Shown piece after piece: positions 50,805-60,061 of a DNA stretch of 64,000 nt. The notes beneath the pieces were generated by a model, which saw only the letters and a list, made by a program, of their open reading frames with translations, was not told the DNA's origin and made no database searches. Source of the stretch: an uncultured Gemmatimonadaceae bacterium (lineage in GTDB: Bacteria > Gemmatimonadota > Gemmatimonadetes > Gemmatimonadales > Gemmatimonadaceae). The number at the start of each line of letters is the position of its first letter. Within the stretch, counting starts at the first letter, position 1. The DNA is taken from NCBI GenBank assembly GCA_963761305.1, contig CAVXGK010000001.1:1568001-1632000 (forward strand). Direction: 5' to 3'. A program made the translations under genes and the position numbers.

Positions 50805-53633
50805 CTAGGAACGTTGCCTGCGCGTGCGGCGACGCTCGCCTCTGAGCGTGGGTTGGCCGGCACCTTTCGCGTCCGTGTGGCGACTCGTCTCCGCCGACGC
50901 CGCCGGGATCGCGAAGTAGAAGCTGCTGCCACGTCCCAGCGCGCTCTCCACCCAAATGCGGCCGCCGTGCGCCTCGACGATGCCGCGGGTGATCGGCAGA
51001 CCGAGTCCCGCGCCGAGTCGACGCGCTCGCGTGGCCGCTTGCCAGAAGCGTTCGAAGACGTGCGGCACGTTTTCGGGCGCGATGCCGGCGCCGGTGTCGG
51101 CGACTGAAAACACGACCTCCTGATTCCCCGGCACCGCGCGAACGGTGATGCATCCGCCCTTCGGCGTGAACTTGACCGCGTTTCCAATGAGGTTGTCGAA
51201 GACCTGGAGCAGGCGGTCGCGATCCCCCATGACAGCCTGAACCCCGCGGTCGACTTCGAGGCGCAGCTCGAGGCCGGCCGACGCGGCGAGTGTGGCGTGA
51301 GTCTCCACCGCATCCCGCGCCAGCTCCACCGCGGAAAGGCGCTCTCGCTCGACCTTCAATTGCCCGGCCTCCACCTGCGCCACGTCGAGGAGATCTTGAA
51401 TCAGGCGATTCATCCGCTCGGCGGAGCGGGCGATGATCAGACGCGGCGTCTGATCGCGCTGCTCCGGCTCCGGGCCGGAACGCTCGAGCATCTCGGCTTG
51501 CATCATGATGGCGCTGAGGGGATTCCTCAGATCGTGGGCGACGATACCCAGCACGTCGTCGCGCGCGGCCAACGCGCGCTGGAGCGCGGCCTCTGCTTGC
51601 TTCCGATCCGTGACGTCGCGCAGCACGACCGAGAAGAACGTCGCTCCTTCGACATCGACCTTGGAGATCGACGCCTCGGCTGGAAACTCCTCGCCGTTCT
51701 TTCGGAGACCGAAGATCTCTCGCATTCGGCGGGCGACTTCCCGCCCGGCGGCGAATGCCGCGAAGTCCGCCCGATGCGCCGCGCGAAAGCGCTCGGGAAT
51801 GAGCCGCTCGAGCGCCGTGCCGAGCACCTCGCGGTTGGCATAGCCAAAGATCTTTTCGGCGCCCTCGTTGAAGATCGTGATGCGCTGGTCCTTGTCGACC
51901 GAGATGATCGCGTCGGACGCAATGGAGACGATGCCGGAGAACTTGGCCTCCGACAGACGAATGGCCTCGCTGGCCCGTTTGCGCAGCGTGACGTCTTCGA
52001 TCTGCGAGATGAAATACCTCGGCGCACCGTCCGGTGCGCGAAACAGCGAGACGTTGAGCAGACACTCGACGACCGACCCGTCTTTGCGGATGTAGCGTTT
52101 CTCGAACTGATATCGCGGGATGTCGCCGCGAGAGAGGCGGTCCGACAGCTCGACCTCTTTTCCGAGATCGTCCGGATGGGTGATGTCGCGGAAGGTGCGT
52201 TGGGTGAGCTCGTCGGCGCTGTAGCCCGTGATGTCGCAGAGCGCGCGATTCACGCGAACGAAGCGGCCGTCGAGCGCGACGAGCGCCATTCCGGTGGCCG
52301 CGTTGTCGATCGTGAGGCGGAACCGCTCCTCCGACTCGCGCAATTGCGCGTTGGCCGACTCGGCCCGCTCCCGAGCGAGCTGCTCGCGTGCCAGCAGTTG
52401 CTCACGCTCGTCGGCGATTCGCCGCGCCTCGGAGATGTCGCGCGTCACCGTGCCCATGCCCAGGATCCGCTTGCCGCTGGCGTCGCGGATTGTGAAATGG
52501 GTATCCGAGACCGGGATCGCCTCGTTCGTCTCGAAATTCCGAAACTGCGTCTCGCCGGACCAGTGGCCGCGCTCGAGCATCGTCTTGAGAATCACATCGG
52601 TGACGAAGGAACGAAGCTCCGGTGGATAGAAATCCTCGATCGGGATTTGGCCCACCGGAAAATCCGGCGACAGGCCGACCATTCGACGGCCGGCGGCGTT
52701 GACGTACATCGGTTTCCCGGCCGGATCGGCGATTCCGATGAAATCCGTGGAGTTGTCGAGCAGAGCCACGAAGACCTGTCGGAAATCCTCGATGCGTTTG
52801 CGCGCGCTGATGTCGCGGATGAACGCCTGCCACCGGCCGTCCGGCAGGATGTTCGCGCTCGTTTCGACGGGCACGCGAGTCCCGTCGCGCCGCATCAACG
52901 TCCATTCGGATTTGGTCACCGTACCCGGCACCAACAGTTCAGCCTTGACCGCCTCCAGTCGCGCCGCGTCCTCGGGCGGGATGACGTCGAAGATCGTCTT
53001 CCCAATCAGCTCGTCGCGCGCGTAACCCACGAGTTGGCAGGCGGCCTGGTTCACGTCGGTAAAGCGGGCGTCGAGATTGGCAAGAAAGTAGGCGTCGGGC
53101 GCGAGCTCGATGGTTTCTCGCTCTCGCGCCAACAATCGTGCGCGCTCTTCGCTTGCATTCCGCAAGGCCTCATTGGCCTCCTCCAGACGTCGGCGCCGTC
53201 TGGTCGTCAGAGCCGCTACGTAGACGATGACGAGTCCGTCGATGGCATACAGCGATACCTGAAGGACTGCCCGTGACACCGAGTTTCCCGCGAACACGAC
53301 GAACATCATGACGCCCAACGGAAAGCTGATCACGACGCTCGCGAACGCGGGGCCGGCCCCAGCCAACAGGCCGGTCAGTAATAACGCGGAGCAGAACAGG
53401 ACGAAGGGAGCGTCCATCCCGATCCACGGCGTCGCCAGGATCCTGACCGCGAGAGCGACCACTACCGCGGAGAGGCCGAACGCATAGCGGGCGACATTGC
53501 TCTGGAAGAGCAGATCGTTGCGCCCGCGACGCGCACGTCGAACGCGCTTGCGACTGAACAACTGCAGAAGACGCTCCCAGAGACCGACACGACGGACGCC
53601 AGGTGAGTCCAGTGAAAAAAACAAGCCGGGCAC
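50805..53633 (-). CDS. Multi-PAS sensor histidine kinase with N-terminal membrane domain
   Basis: N-terminal TM bundle (DUF4118-like), about four PAS repeats, AHDLRNPL, NLIGNAVKF, DTGAG, GLGL; start uncertain. Confidence 0.9.
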   Translation of the reverse strand: MPGLFFSLDSPGVRRVGLWERLLQLFSRKRVRRARRGRNDLLFQSNVARYAFGLSAVVVALAVRILATPWIGMDAPFVLFCSALLLTGLLAGAGPAFASVVISFPLGVMMFVVFAGNSVSRAVLQVSLYAIDGLVIVYVAALTTRRRRRLEEANEALRNASEERARLLARERETIELAPDAYFLANLDARFTDVNQAACQLVGYARDELIGKTIFDVIPPEDAARLEAVKAELLVPGTVTKSEWTLMRRDGTRVPVETSANILPDGRWQAFIRDISARKRIEDFRQVFVALLDNSTDFIGIADPAGKPMYVNAAGRRMVGLSPDFPVGQIPIEDFYPPELRSFVTDVILKTMLERGHWSGETQFRNFETNEAIPVSDTHFTIRDASGKRILGMGTVTRDISEARRIADEREQLLAREQLARERAESANAQLRESEERFRLTIDNAATGMALVALDGRFVRVNRALCDITGYSADELTQRTFRDITHPDDLGKEVELSDRLSRGDIPRYQFEKRYIRKDGSVVECLLNVSLFRAPDGAPRYFISQIEDVTLRKRASEAIRLSEAKFSGIVSIASDAIISVDKDQRITIFNEGAEKIFGYANREVLGTALERLIPERFRAAHRADFAAFAAGREVARRMREIFGLRKNGEEFPAEASISKVDVEGATFFSVVLRDVTDRKQAEAALQRALAARDDVLGIVAHDLRNPLSAIMMQAEMLERSGPEPEQRDQTPRLIIARSAERMNRLIQDLLDVAQVEAGQLKVERERLSAVELARDAVETHATLAASAGLELRLEVDRGVQAVMGDRDRLLQVFDNLIGNAVKFTPKGGCITVRAVPGNQEVVFSVADTGAGIAPENVPHVFERFWQAATRARRLGAGLGLPITRGIVEAHGGRIWVESALGRGSSFYFAIPAASAETSRHTDAKGAGQPTLRGERRRTRRQRS

Positions 53634-53731
53634 GTGGACGTCGCCGCGCGTTCTATGAAAGGCGACTGACAGTACTGCCAAAGGTCTATTGTTGCTCGCC
53701 TCGCAACCGGCGCAATCGGGGCGCGCGGCGT

Positions 53732-54103
53732 TCAGCGTTCGTGTGCGGCCGTCGCCAGTGCCGAGCGGAGACGATCCACGACGGCGGCCGGGTCCGCGAC
53801 CTCGATCACCAGTCGCTGGTAGTGTTCGTGATCGAGCTCGATGACGACGGTGCGCTCTGGGTCGTGGACGTCGTAGAACACAAACCCGCTGTCTTGATAG
53901 AAGCTGCCGGCGGTCAACACTCCGGGAATCTGCGTGCCAGGAAGACGCACGCCGTGCCACCAGCCGCGCGCGGGTTCCGGATCGGCGCGCACGCCCGTGA
54001 TGTGCGCGAGCGGAAGCTCGAGTTGGCTCTTCAGGGCCCAGAGCCTGTCCCAGCCCTCGACTTCGAAACGAACGCGGTCCCCATGAATCGAGACTTCAAC
54101 CAT
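53732..54103 (-). CDS. Conserved hypothetical protein (PH-like beta domain)
   Basis: GVRLPGTQIPGVLTAGSF, IELDHEHYQRLVIEV motifs; strong RBS GGGAGG. Confidence 0.7.
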   Translation of the reverse strand: MVEVSIHGDRVRFEVEGWDRLWALKSQLELPLAHITGVRADPEPARGWWHGVRLPGTQIPGVLTAGSFYQDSGFVFYDVHDPERTVVIELDHEHYQRLVIEVADPAAVVDRLRSALATAAHER

Positions 54104-54251
54104 GATCAGCGCCTCCCCGGTCGGTTCTCACTTTGTAAATGTGGCCACAAAGGCGGCGCCGGCAATCCGCAAGTAGCGCTGAACGGGACTTGGCGCGGAC
54201 GGATTTTGCGTAACCGTTCCGCTCTCCGCGAGGTTCGCATATTTTCTTCCC

Positions 54252-54932
54252 ATGCTACTCGGCGTCGCGGGCATGGTCGGCACGGGCAAGACGACGCTTT
54301 CACGCGCGCTGGCCTCTCGGTTCGGTTTGCAGATGGCCCTCGAGAGCGTCGACGCCGAGAATCCGTGGCTCGAGAGCTTCTACGCCGGCCAGGACGAGAT
54401 GCACGCCTACGCGATGCATCTCCAGCTCCACTTCCTCACCACGCGCTTCGCCTCCATGCGCCGCATGCGTGGACTCGGCGGAAGTTGGGTGCTCGACCGC
54501 ACCTGGTACGAGGACGCCGAGATCTTCGCGCGAGGATTGTTCGAGCAGAGCTACATGACGTCGGACGAGTGGACGCTCTATCGGCGATTGTATTCGGAGC
54601 TGCTCCACTCGCCCGCGGCACGGCCGCCGCGATTGCTGATCTACCTCCACGGTCCCGTCGACGTCGTCACCGAACGCATCGCGACGCGCGGCCGTCCGAG
54701 CGAGAAGGACGTGTCGCCGGACTACTGGCGCGCGTTGCACGAGCGCTACGAGCGGTGGATCTCATTATTCCGTCACTGCCCCGTGCTGTCGATCGACGTG
54801 CGAGACTACGATCTCGTCGCCGACGGTTCCGCGGTGGACGAGATCGCGGGGCGTGTGCGCCAGCAGCTCGAGGGCGAGCTGCCGCAGACCGAACTGTGGC
54901 CGGCCGTGTCGCGCCGGCACGCTTTCGCGTGA
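54252..54932 (+). CDS. Deoxynucleoside kinase (dAK/dCK/dGK family)
   Basis: GMVGTGKTT P-loop, ENPWLESFY, LQLHFL, DRTWYED, RIATRGR lid. Confidence 0.92.
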   Translation: MLLGVAGMVGTGKTTLSRALASRFGLQMALESVDAENPWLESFYAGQDEMHAYAMHLQLHFLTTRFASMRRMRGLGGSWVLDRTWYEDAEIFARGLFEQSYMTSDEWTLYRRLYSELLHSPAARPPRLLIYLHGPVDVVTERIATRGRPSEKDVSPDYWRALHERYERWISLFRHCPVLSIDVRDYDLVADGSAVDEIAGRVRQQLEGELPQTELWPAVSRRHAFA

Positions 54933-54947
54933 GCGCGCGGAGCCTCG

Positions 54948-55247
54948 ATGGGACTCTTGTCGAAGATTCTCTTCTTTCCCGTCGCCGGGCCTGTCGCCGG
55001 CATCCGCTGGTCGCTCGGTAAGGTCCAGAAAGTCGTCGAGGACGAGCTCACCGACGACACGCCGGTGAAGCAGCAGCTGATGGAGCTGCAGCTCGAGCTC
55101 GAGGTGGGCGACATCGACGACGCCGAGTACTCGCGCCGCGAAGCGGAGATCATGGCGCGACTGCGCGAGGTCCGCGCGTGGCGCGAGCGACTCGGCAAAG
55201 CGACGAGCGGCGGTCCCGTTCGCGTGGCGCGCGACGACGAGGAGTGA
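54948..55247 (+). CDS. gvpG: Gas vesicle protein GvpG
   Basis: MGLL...PV.GP..G.W; L.ELQLELEVGDIDDAEYSRREAE motif. Confidence 0.88.
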   Translation: MGLLSKILFFPVAGPVAGIRWSLGKVQKVVEDELTDDTPVKQQLMELQLELEVGDIDDAEYSRREAEIMARLREVRAWRERLGKATSGGPVRVARDDEE

Positions 55248-57139
55248 GCGCGCTCGATTCGCTGCTCGATCGACTTCCACGCATCACCCTCGTCGTCGGA
55301 AAAGGCGGCGTCGGCAAGACCACGCTCGCCGTCGGTATCGGCATCGCGTTCGCTCGGCGCGGCGAAAAGACGCTCGTCGTCTCGACGGACCCGGCCGCGG
55401 CGCTCGGCGACGTGATCGGCGCTCCCGTCGGCGGCGCGACGCGCGGCGTGCGCGGAGTGAGCGGCCTTCAGGCGCGCCAACTCGACGCGCTCCCGTTGCG
55501 GCGTGCGTTTCTCGATCGCTGGCGCGCCGTCATGGCGGAAATCGTCGACCGCGGCACGTATCTCGACCGCTCCGAGGTCGATGGACTGGTCGACGCGGCG
55601 CTTCCGGGCGCCGACGAGATCTTCGCGCTGCTCGCGCTCGCCGACGTGATGGCGCAGACGCGCGGTCCGGCGCGGGTCGTCGTCGACACGGCGCCGACCG
55701 GCCACACGCTGCGCCTCCTCGCGCTGCCGGACACGTTTCGCGCGTTGCTCGACATGCTCGAGCTGATGCAGGACAAACACCGGTTCGTCGTCCGCGCCCT
55801 CACGCGCCGCTACGCGCGCGACGCGGCCGACGATTTCCTCGACGAGATGCGCGGCCGCGTCGACACGCTCAAGCGCGTGTTGGCCGACGACCGGTCGCTC
55901 GCCGCGCTGGTCGTCACGCGCGCCGAGCCGGTGGTCGCCGTCGAAACGGCGCGTTACGTCGACGCGCTGCGGACGCTCGGCGTCTCGATCGCGGCGCTGG
56001 TGGTGAACGCGGTGCCCGAGCAGACGGCCGACACGCGCTCGTCGTCTCGCGCGATTGATTCGTCGATTGCCCGGCTTTTCGTTCCGCGGCGATCGCGTCC
56101 TCCGCGCGGCGTCGCCGGTGTATCGGCCACGGTTGCCGCGATGACCACGACAGTCGTGCGACCCGCCGCGCGACCGTCCGTACGACAGGCCGCGCGGCCA
56201 CGAGCGCGAACGACGCGGAAACCCGTGCGCAGCATCGCGCTGGACGCGCTCGTGCGGCCACTCACGATCGTCGGCGGCAAGGGCGGCGTCGGCAAATCCA
56301 CCGTGTCGTGTGCCCTGGCCATCGCGGCCGCCGATGCGGGCGATGGGCCAGTGTTGCTCGTCTCAATCGATCCGGCGCCGTCGATCGCCGACGCGCTCGG
56401 CGTGAAGGACGGATCGTGGAGCGGCGGCGCCGAACGAAATGTCAGCGGGGTGAAAGGACTCGTGGCCCGGCAGCTCGACGCGGCGGCGGCGTTCGCGGCG
56501 GCGCGCGATCGGTACCAGTCGCAGATCGACTCGATGTTCGGCGCCGTGATCGCGCGCAGCGCCGACGCCGAGCGCGATCGCGCCGTCATGCGCGACCTGT
56601 TGTCGCTCGCGCCGCCGGGCGTCGACGAGCTGTTCGCGCTGTCGACGCTCGGTGACGAGCTGGCCGAGGGACGGTTCGCCCGCATCGTCGTCGATCCGGC
56701 GCCAACCGGGCATCTGCTTCGTTTGCTCGAGATGCCGGCGATCGCGCTCGACTGGAGTCATCGCCTGATGCGTCTGATGCTCGACTATCGCGAGGTCGTC
56801 GGGCTCGGCGACGCGGCCGGCGAGCTGCTCGAGTTCGCGAAGCGAACGCGTGCGCTCGACGCGCTGCTGCGCGATCGCGAGCGATCCGGCGTGATACTCG
56901 TCACTCTCGACGAGCCCGTCGTGCGGTTACAGACGCGCCGACTCGCGCGCGCGGTGCGGCAGCGCGGCGCCGACGTGATCGCGCTCGTTTGGAATCGAAC
57001 GAGCCGATCGATCGACCCTCTTCCTCAGTTCGTTGCCGCGCGCCAAGTTTGCGCCGAAGAGACGCGTCCGTCGCCGGTCGGCGTCGCGACGTTGCGAACA
57101 TGGTCGCGCTCCTGGCGCGAGGTACGCGCTACGGCTTGA
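55244..57139 (+). CDS. Tandem-domain ArsA/GET3 family ATPase
   Basis: Two GKGGVGK(T/S) P-loops, STDPA/SIDPA switch I, DTAPTGH/DPAPTGH; GTG overlaps gvpG stop. Confidence 0.92.
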   Translation: MSALDSLLDRLPRITLVVGKGGVGKTTLAVGIGIAFARRGEKTLVVSTDPAAALGDVIGAPVGGATRGVRGVSGLQARQLDALPLRRAFLDRWRAVMAEIVDRGTYLDRSEVDGLVDAALPGADEIFALLALADVMAQTRGPARVVVDTAPTGHTLRLLALPDTFRALLDMLELMQDKHRFVVRALTRRYARDAADDFLDEMRGRVDTLKRVLADDRSLAALVVTRAEPVVAVETARYVDALRTLGVSIAALVVNAVPEQTADTRSSSRAIDSSIARLFVPRRSRPPRGVAGVSATVAAMTTTVVRPAARPSVRQAARPRARTTRKPVRSIALDALVRPLTIVGGKGGVGKSTVSCALAIAAADAGDGPVLLVSIDPAPSIADALGVKDGSWSGGAERNVSGVKGLVARQLDAAAAFAAARDRYQSQIDSMFGAVIARSADAERDRAVMRDLLSLAPPGVDELFALSTLGDELAEGRFARIVVDPAPTGHLLRLLEMPAIALDWSHRLMRLMLDYREVVGLGDAAGELLEFAKRTRALDALLRDRERSGVILVTLDEPVVRLQTRRLARAVRQRGADVIALVWNRTSRSIDPLPQFVAARQVCAEETRPSPVGVATLRTWSRSWREVRATA

Positions 57140-57149
57140 GTGTTCTCGA

Positions 57150-57971
57150 ATGTCCTCGTCCACCACATCGATCTGCTACGTGTACGGCATCGTCCCGTCG
57201 GCGCTCGACGCCGCGTCCGCGCCCGAGGGGCTCGACGGCGCACGCGTGGCCCTAGAGCACTGCGACGGGGTCGCCGCGCTCGTGTCGTCGGTGGATGGCG
57301 AGTCGTACGCGCCGTCGGTGCTGGAGCAGAGCACGGGGGACGTCGAGTGGATGAGCCCGCGCGCCGTCGCGCACGACCGCGTGCTCACCTGGGCGAGCGA
57401 CCGCGGCGCCGTGATCCCGATGCCGATGTTCTCGCTCTTCACCGGCTCGGCGTCCGTGCAACGGATGCTGTGCGAGCGGTCGCCGCAACTCGCCGAAACG
57501 TTGCGGCGTGTTTCGCAGGGGCGCGAGTACGCGCTGCGCGTCTACCGAGTGGACGCCGAGTTGATGGAGGCGATGACCTCGCTCAGCCCGCGGCTCGCCG
57601 AGCTCGCCGCCAAGTCCGCCGCGGCGTCGCCGGGGCAACGGTACCTGCTCGAGCGCAAGCTCGACGACGAAAAGCGCTCCGAGATGCGCGGCGTGACGAC
57701 GGAAGTCACCGACGCGATCGTCGGCGCGCTGTCGGCCGACGCGCTCGAGTCGGCGCGCTCGCCGATTCCGCGCGTGACCGACGCGGCCGGACGCGGAACG
57801 ATGGTGTTGAACGCGGCGTTTCTCGTCGCACCCGACCGGCTGATGGCGTTTCAGCAGACGTTGACGTCGCTGGTGGAACAGCACGGTGCGCGCGGATTCC
57901 GCTTCGACTTCACCGGGCCGTGGCCGCCGTATCACTTCGCCAGCGGCAACGCGGCGGGAAACGGCGCATGA
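57150..57971 (+). CDS. gvpL: Gas vesicle protein GvpL/GvpF family
   Basis: YVYGIV, AVAHDRVL, PGQRYL, LNAAFLV, FTGPWPPYHF motifs. Confidence 0.88.
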   Translation: MSSSTTSICYVYGIVPSALDAASAPEGLDGARVALEHCDGVAALVSSVDGESYAPSVLEQSTGDVEWMSPRAVAHDRVLTWASDRGAVIPMPMFSLFTGSASVQRMLCERSPQLAETLRRVSQGREYALRVYRVDAELMEAMTSLSPRLAELAAKSAAASPGQRYLLERKLDDEKRSEMRGVTTEVTDAIVGALSADALESARSPIPRVTDAAGRGTMVLNAAFLVAPDRLMAFQQTLTSLVEQHGARGFRFDFTGPWPPYHFASGNAAGNGA

Positions 57972-58195
57972 CCAACGAGGACGATGACATCGATGCGCGA
58001 CAGGTGGTCCTTGGCGACCTGCTCAACCACGTGCTCGACAAGGGCCTCGTGATCGGCGGCACAGTGACGATCTCCGTCGCGGACATCGACCTGGTGCTCG
58101 TCGATCTCCGCGTGCTGCTCACGTCCGTCGAGACGGTGGCCAGTCGCGGCATCGAGCGCAGCGCCGGCGCGATCGTGTCCGGGGCAAGTCGATGA
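57968..58195 (+). CDS. gvpS: GvpA-family accessory gas vesicle protein (GvpS/GvpJ-like)
   Basis: LGDLLNHVLDKGLVIGGTVTISVADIDLV...LLTSVET. Confidence 0.8.
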   Translation: MTNEDDDIDARQVVLGDLLNHVLDKGLVIGGTVTISVADIDLVLVDLRVLLTSVETVASRGIERSAGAIVSGASR

Positions 58196-58941
58196 AGACG
58201 CACCTCTACTGCGTGCTTCCGCCGGATGACGGCGTGCTGCCGACCGGCTTGAGCGGTGTAGCCGGGGCACGCGTTCGCGCCATTCCCGTCGACGGCGTGG
58301 TGGCGTGGGTGAGCGACGTCGAGCGCGACGTGCCGGTGTCGTTCGAGGGCGTGCGCGCCCACGACGCCGTGGTCGAGGCGGCGCTCGAGATGGGTTCCAC
58401 GCCGGTCCCGGCCCGCTTCGGACAGCGCTTCGCCGACGACGCCGCCGTTCGCACCGCGCTATCGAGCCGGGCCGCGTCGGTCGAGCGGCTGGTCACGACG
58501 GTCCAGGGCTACGTGGAAATGACGCTGGTGCTCACGCCGTCCACTCGCCGGATGTTGCGCGACCTCGAGCCGGTGCTCCCCGAGATGTTCGACCTCGATT
58601 CTGCGGGCACTGGCCGCCGGTATCTCGAGGCGCTGAGGGCCCGCGAGGATGCGACCGGCGCGGTTCGATCGGCCCTTGATGAGCTCGCAAGTCAACTGGA
58701 GACGGCCACGCGGGACTGGGTCGTACGCTCGGCGATGCACGATCAGGTTACGAAGCTTCCCCTCCGCACGATCTCGCACCTCATCGCGCGGGGCTCGATC
58801 GCGCAATACAGGCGCGCCATCGGAGAGGTGAACGCGGATGGCGAGTTCCGATTTCTGCTGATCGGCCCGCGGGCGCCCTACAGTTTCTGTTCGCTCACCA
58901 GCGAACCGGCCGGAACACACGGCATGAAACTGGCGGACTGA
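58192..58941 (+). CDS. gvpF: Gas vesicle protein GvpF/GvpL family
   Basis: HLYCV, AHDAVV, PARFG, GRRYL, GPRAPYSF motifs. Confidence 0.8.
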   Translation: MKTHLYCVLPPDDGVLPTGLSGVAGARVRAIPVDGVVAWVSDVERDVPVSFEGVRAHDAVVEAALEMGSTPVPARFGQRFADDAAVRTALSSRAASVERLVTTVQGYVEMTLVLTPSTRRMLRDLEPVLPEMFDLDSAGTGRRYLEALRAREDATGAVRSALDELASQLETATRDWVVRSAMHDQVTKLPLRTISHLIARGSIAQYRRAIGEVNADGEFRFLLIGPRAPYSFCSLTSEPAGTHGMKLAD

Positions 58942-58943
58942 GC

Positions 58944-59315
58944 GTGGCAAATTCGGAATCGGTGCCGAACTCAACCGCCGATGCGGGTTCGGAGCACCGC
59001 GAATCCGGGAGTCCGTTCGACGCGGACCTGGCAGCCGTCGCCCGCGTGCTCCCCGATCGCATCAACGCCGATCCCGAGCGAGTTGAGCAAGGCCTTGCGC
59101 GACTTGTCTTGACCGTGATAGAACTGCTGCGCGAAGTGCTCGAGCATCAAGCCGTGAGACGCATGGACGGCGGGACGCTGAGCGAGGAGCAAGTGGAGCA
59201 GCTCGGAATGGCGCTGCTCAAGTTGAATCATCGGATGGACGAACTGAAAGGCCTTTTCGGACTGACCGACGAGGATCTGAACATCGACCTCGGACCGTTG
59301 GGCCGGCTGCGGTAA
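58944..59315 (+). CDS. gvpK: Gas vesicle protein GvpK
   Basis: GLARLVLTVIELLREVLEHQAVRRMDGGTL, DLNIDLGPLG. Confidence 0.95.
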   Translation: MANSESVPNSTADAGSEHRESGSPFDADLAAVARVLPDRINADPERVEQGLARLVLTVIELLREVLEHQAVRRMDGGTLSEEQVEQLGMALLKLNHRMDELKGLFGLTDEDLNIDLGPLGRLR

Positions 59316-59348
59316 CCGCGGTGCGGACACTTCATTCTCGGCGACTGC

Positions 59349-59684
59349 ATGCCAGAGCTCGTTAGCCCCTCACGCACGCACGGATTGGTCGACATCCTCG
59401 ACCGCGTGCTCGACAAGGGGCTCGTCATTGCCGGGGACATCAAGATCAATCTCGCCAACGTCGAGTTGCTGACGATTCAGGTGCGATTGCTCGTTTGCTC
59501 CATCGACAAAGCCGAACAAATCGGGTTGAACTGGTGGCGGAGTGATCCGCGCCTGACGATGTCGCCTGCCGCGTCGGTGATGCCCGAGATCGAAACCCGG
59601 TTGGCTCGCATCGAAGAACAGCTGACTCGACTCTCGCACGCCCCGACTGCGGCTCGGGTAGAGCCGAAAACGCGTAAATCGTAA
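59349..59684 (+). CDS. gvpJ: Gas vesicle protein GvpJ
   Basis: [31 protein letters not shown]...SIDKAEQIGLNWW; C-terminal coiled coil. Confidence 0.88.
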   Translation: MPELVSPSRTHGLVDILDRVLDKGLVIAGDIKINLANVELLTIQVRLLVCSIDKAEQIGLNWWRSDPRLTMSPAASVMPEIETRLARIEEQLTRLSHAPTAARVEPKTRKS

Positions 59685-59740
59685 GAAGTGGCTGCGCCAG
59701 CCTGGGCAAGCCGGTACCCTAGACTCCGAGGACGGAGACC

Positions 59741-60040
59741 ATGGCCGTCGAACGCACCCCAAGTGGCAGTTCGCTCATCGATGTGCTCGACCGCGTGCTG
59801 GACAAGGGCATCGTCATCGATGCCTGGGTGCGAGTTTCGCTGGTAGGAATCGACCTGGTAACCGTCGAAGCGCGCATCGTCGTCGCGTCGATCGACACGT
59901 ACTTGAAGTACTCGGAGGCAGTCGGCATCACCAGCTCGGTGTCGCGTCCACGCGAGATCGGCAGTGGTGACGAGTTGGAGCGGGTCCAGCGTGAGAACGC
60001 CGAACTCCGCCGGCAGCTCGAGGCTCGGGCAGTCAAATAA
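59741..60040 (+). CDS. gvpA: Major gas vesicle shell protein GvpA, with C-terminal extension
   Basis: [60 protein letters not shown]. Confidence 0.95.
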   Translation: MAVERTPSGSSLIDVLDRVLDKGIVIDAWVRVSLVGIDLVTVEARIVVASIDTYLKYSEAVGITSSVSRPREIGSGDELERVQRENAELRRQLEARAVK

Positions 60041-60061
60041 TCGGCTGGAGAATGTTCTAAC

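Noticed and set aside
55244..57139. Arsenic resistance operon (arsA)
   Set aside because: No arsB/acr3/arsC/arsR/arsD in the window, few cysteines, and the gene is embedded among gvp genes
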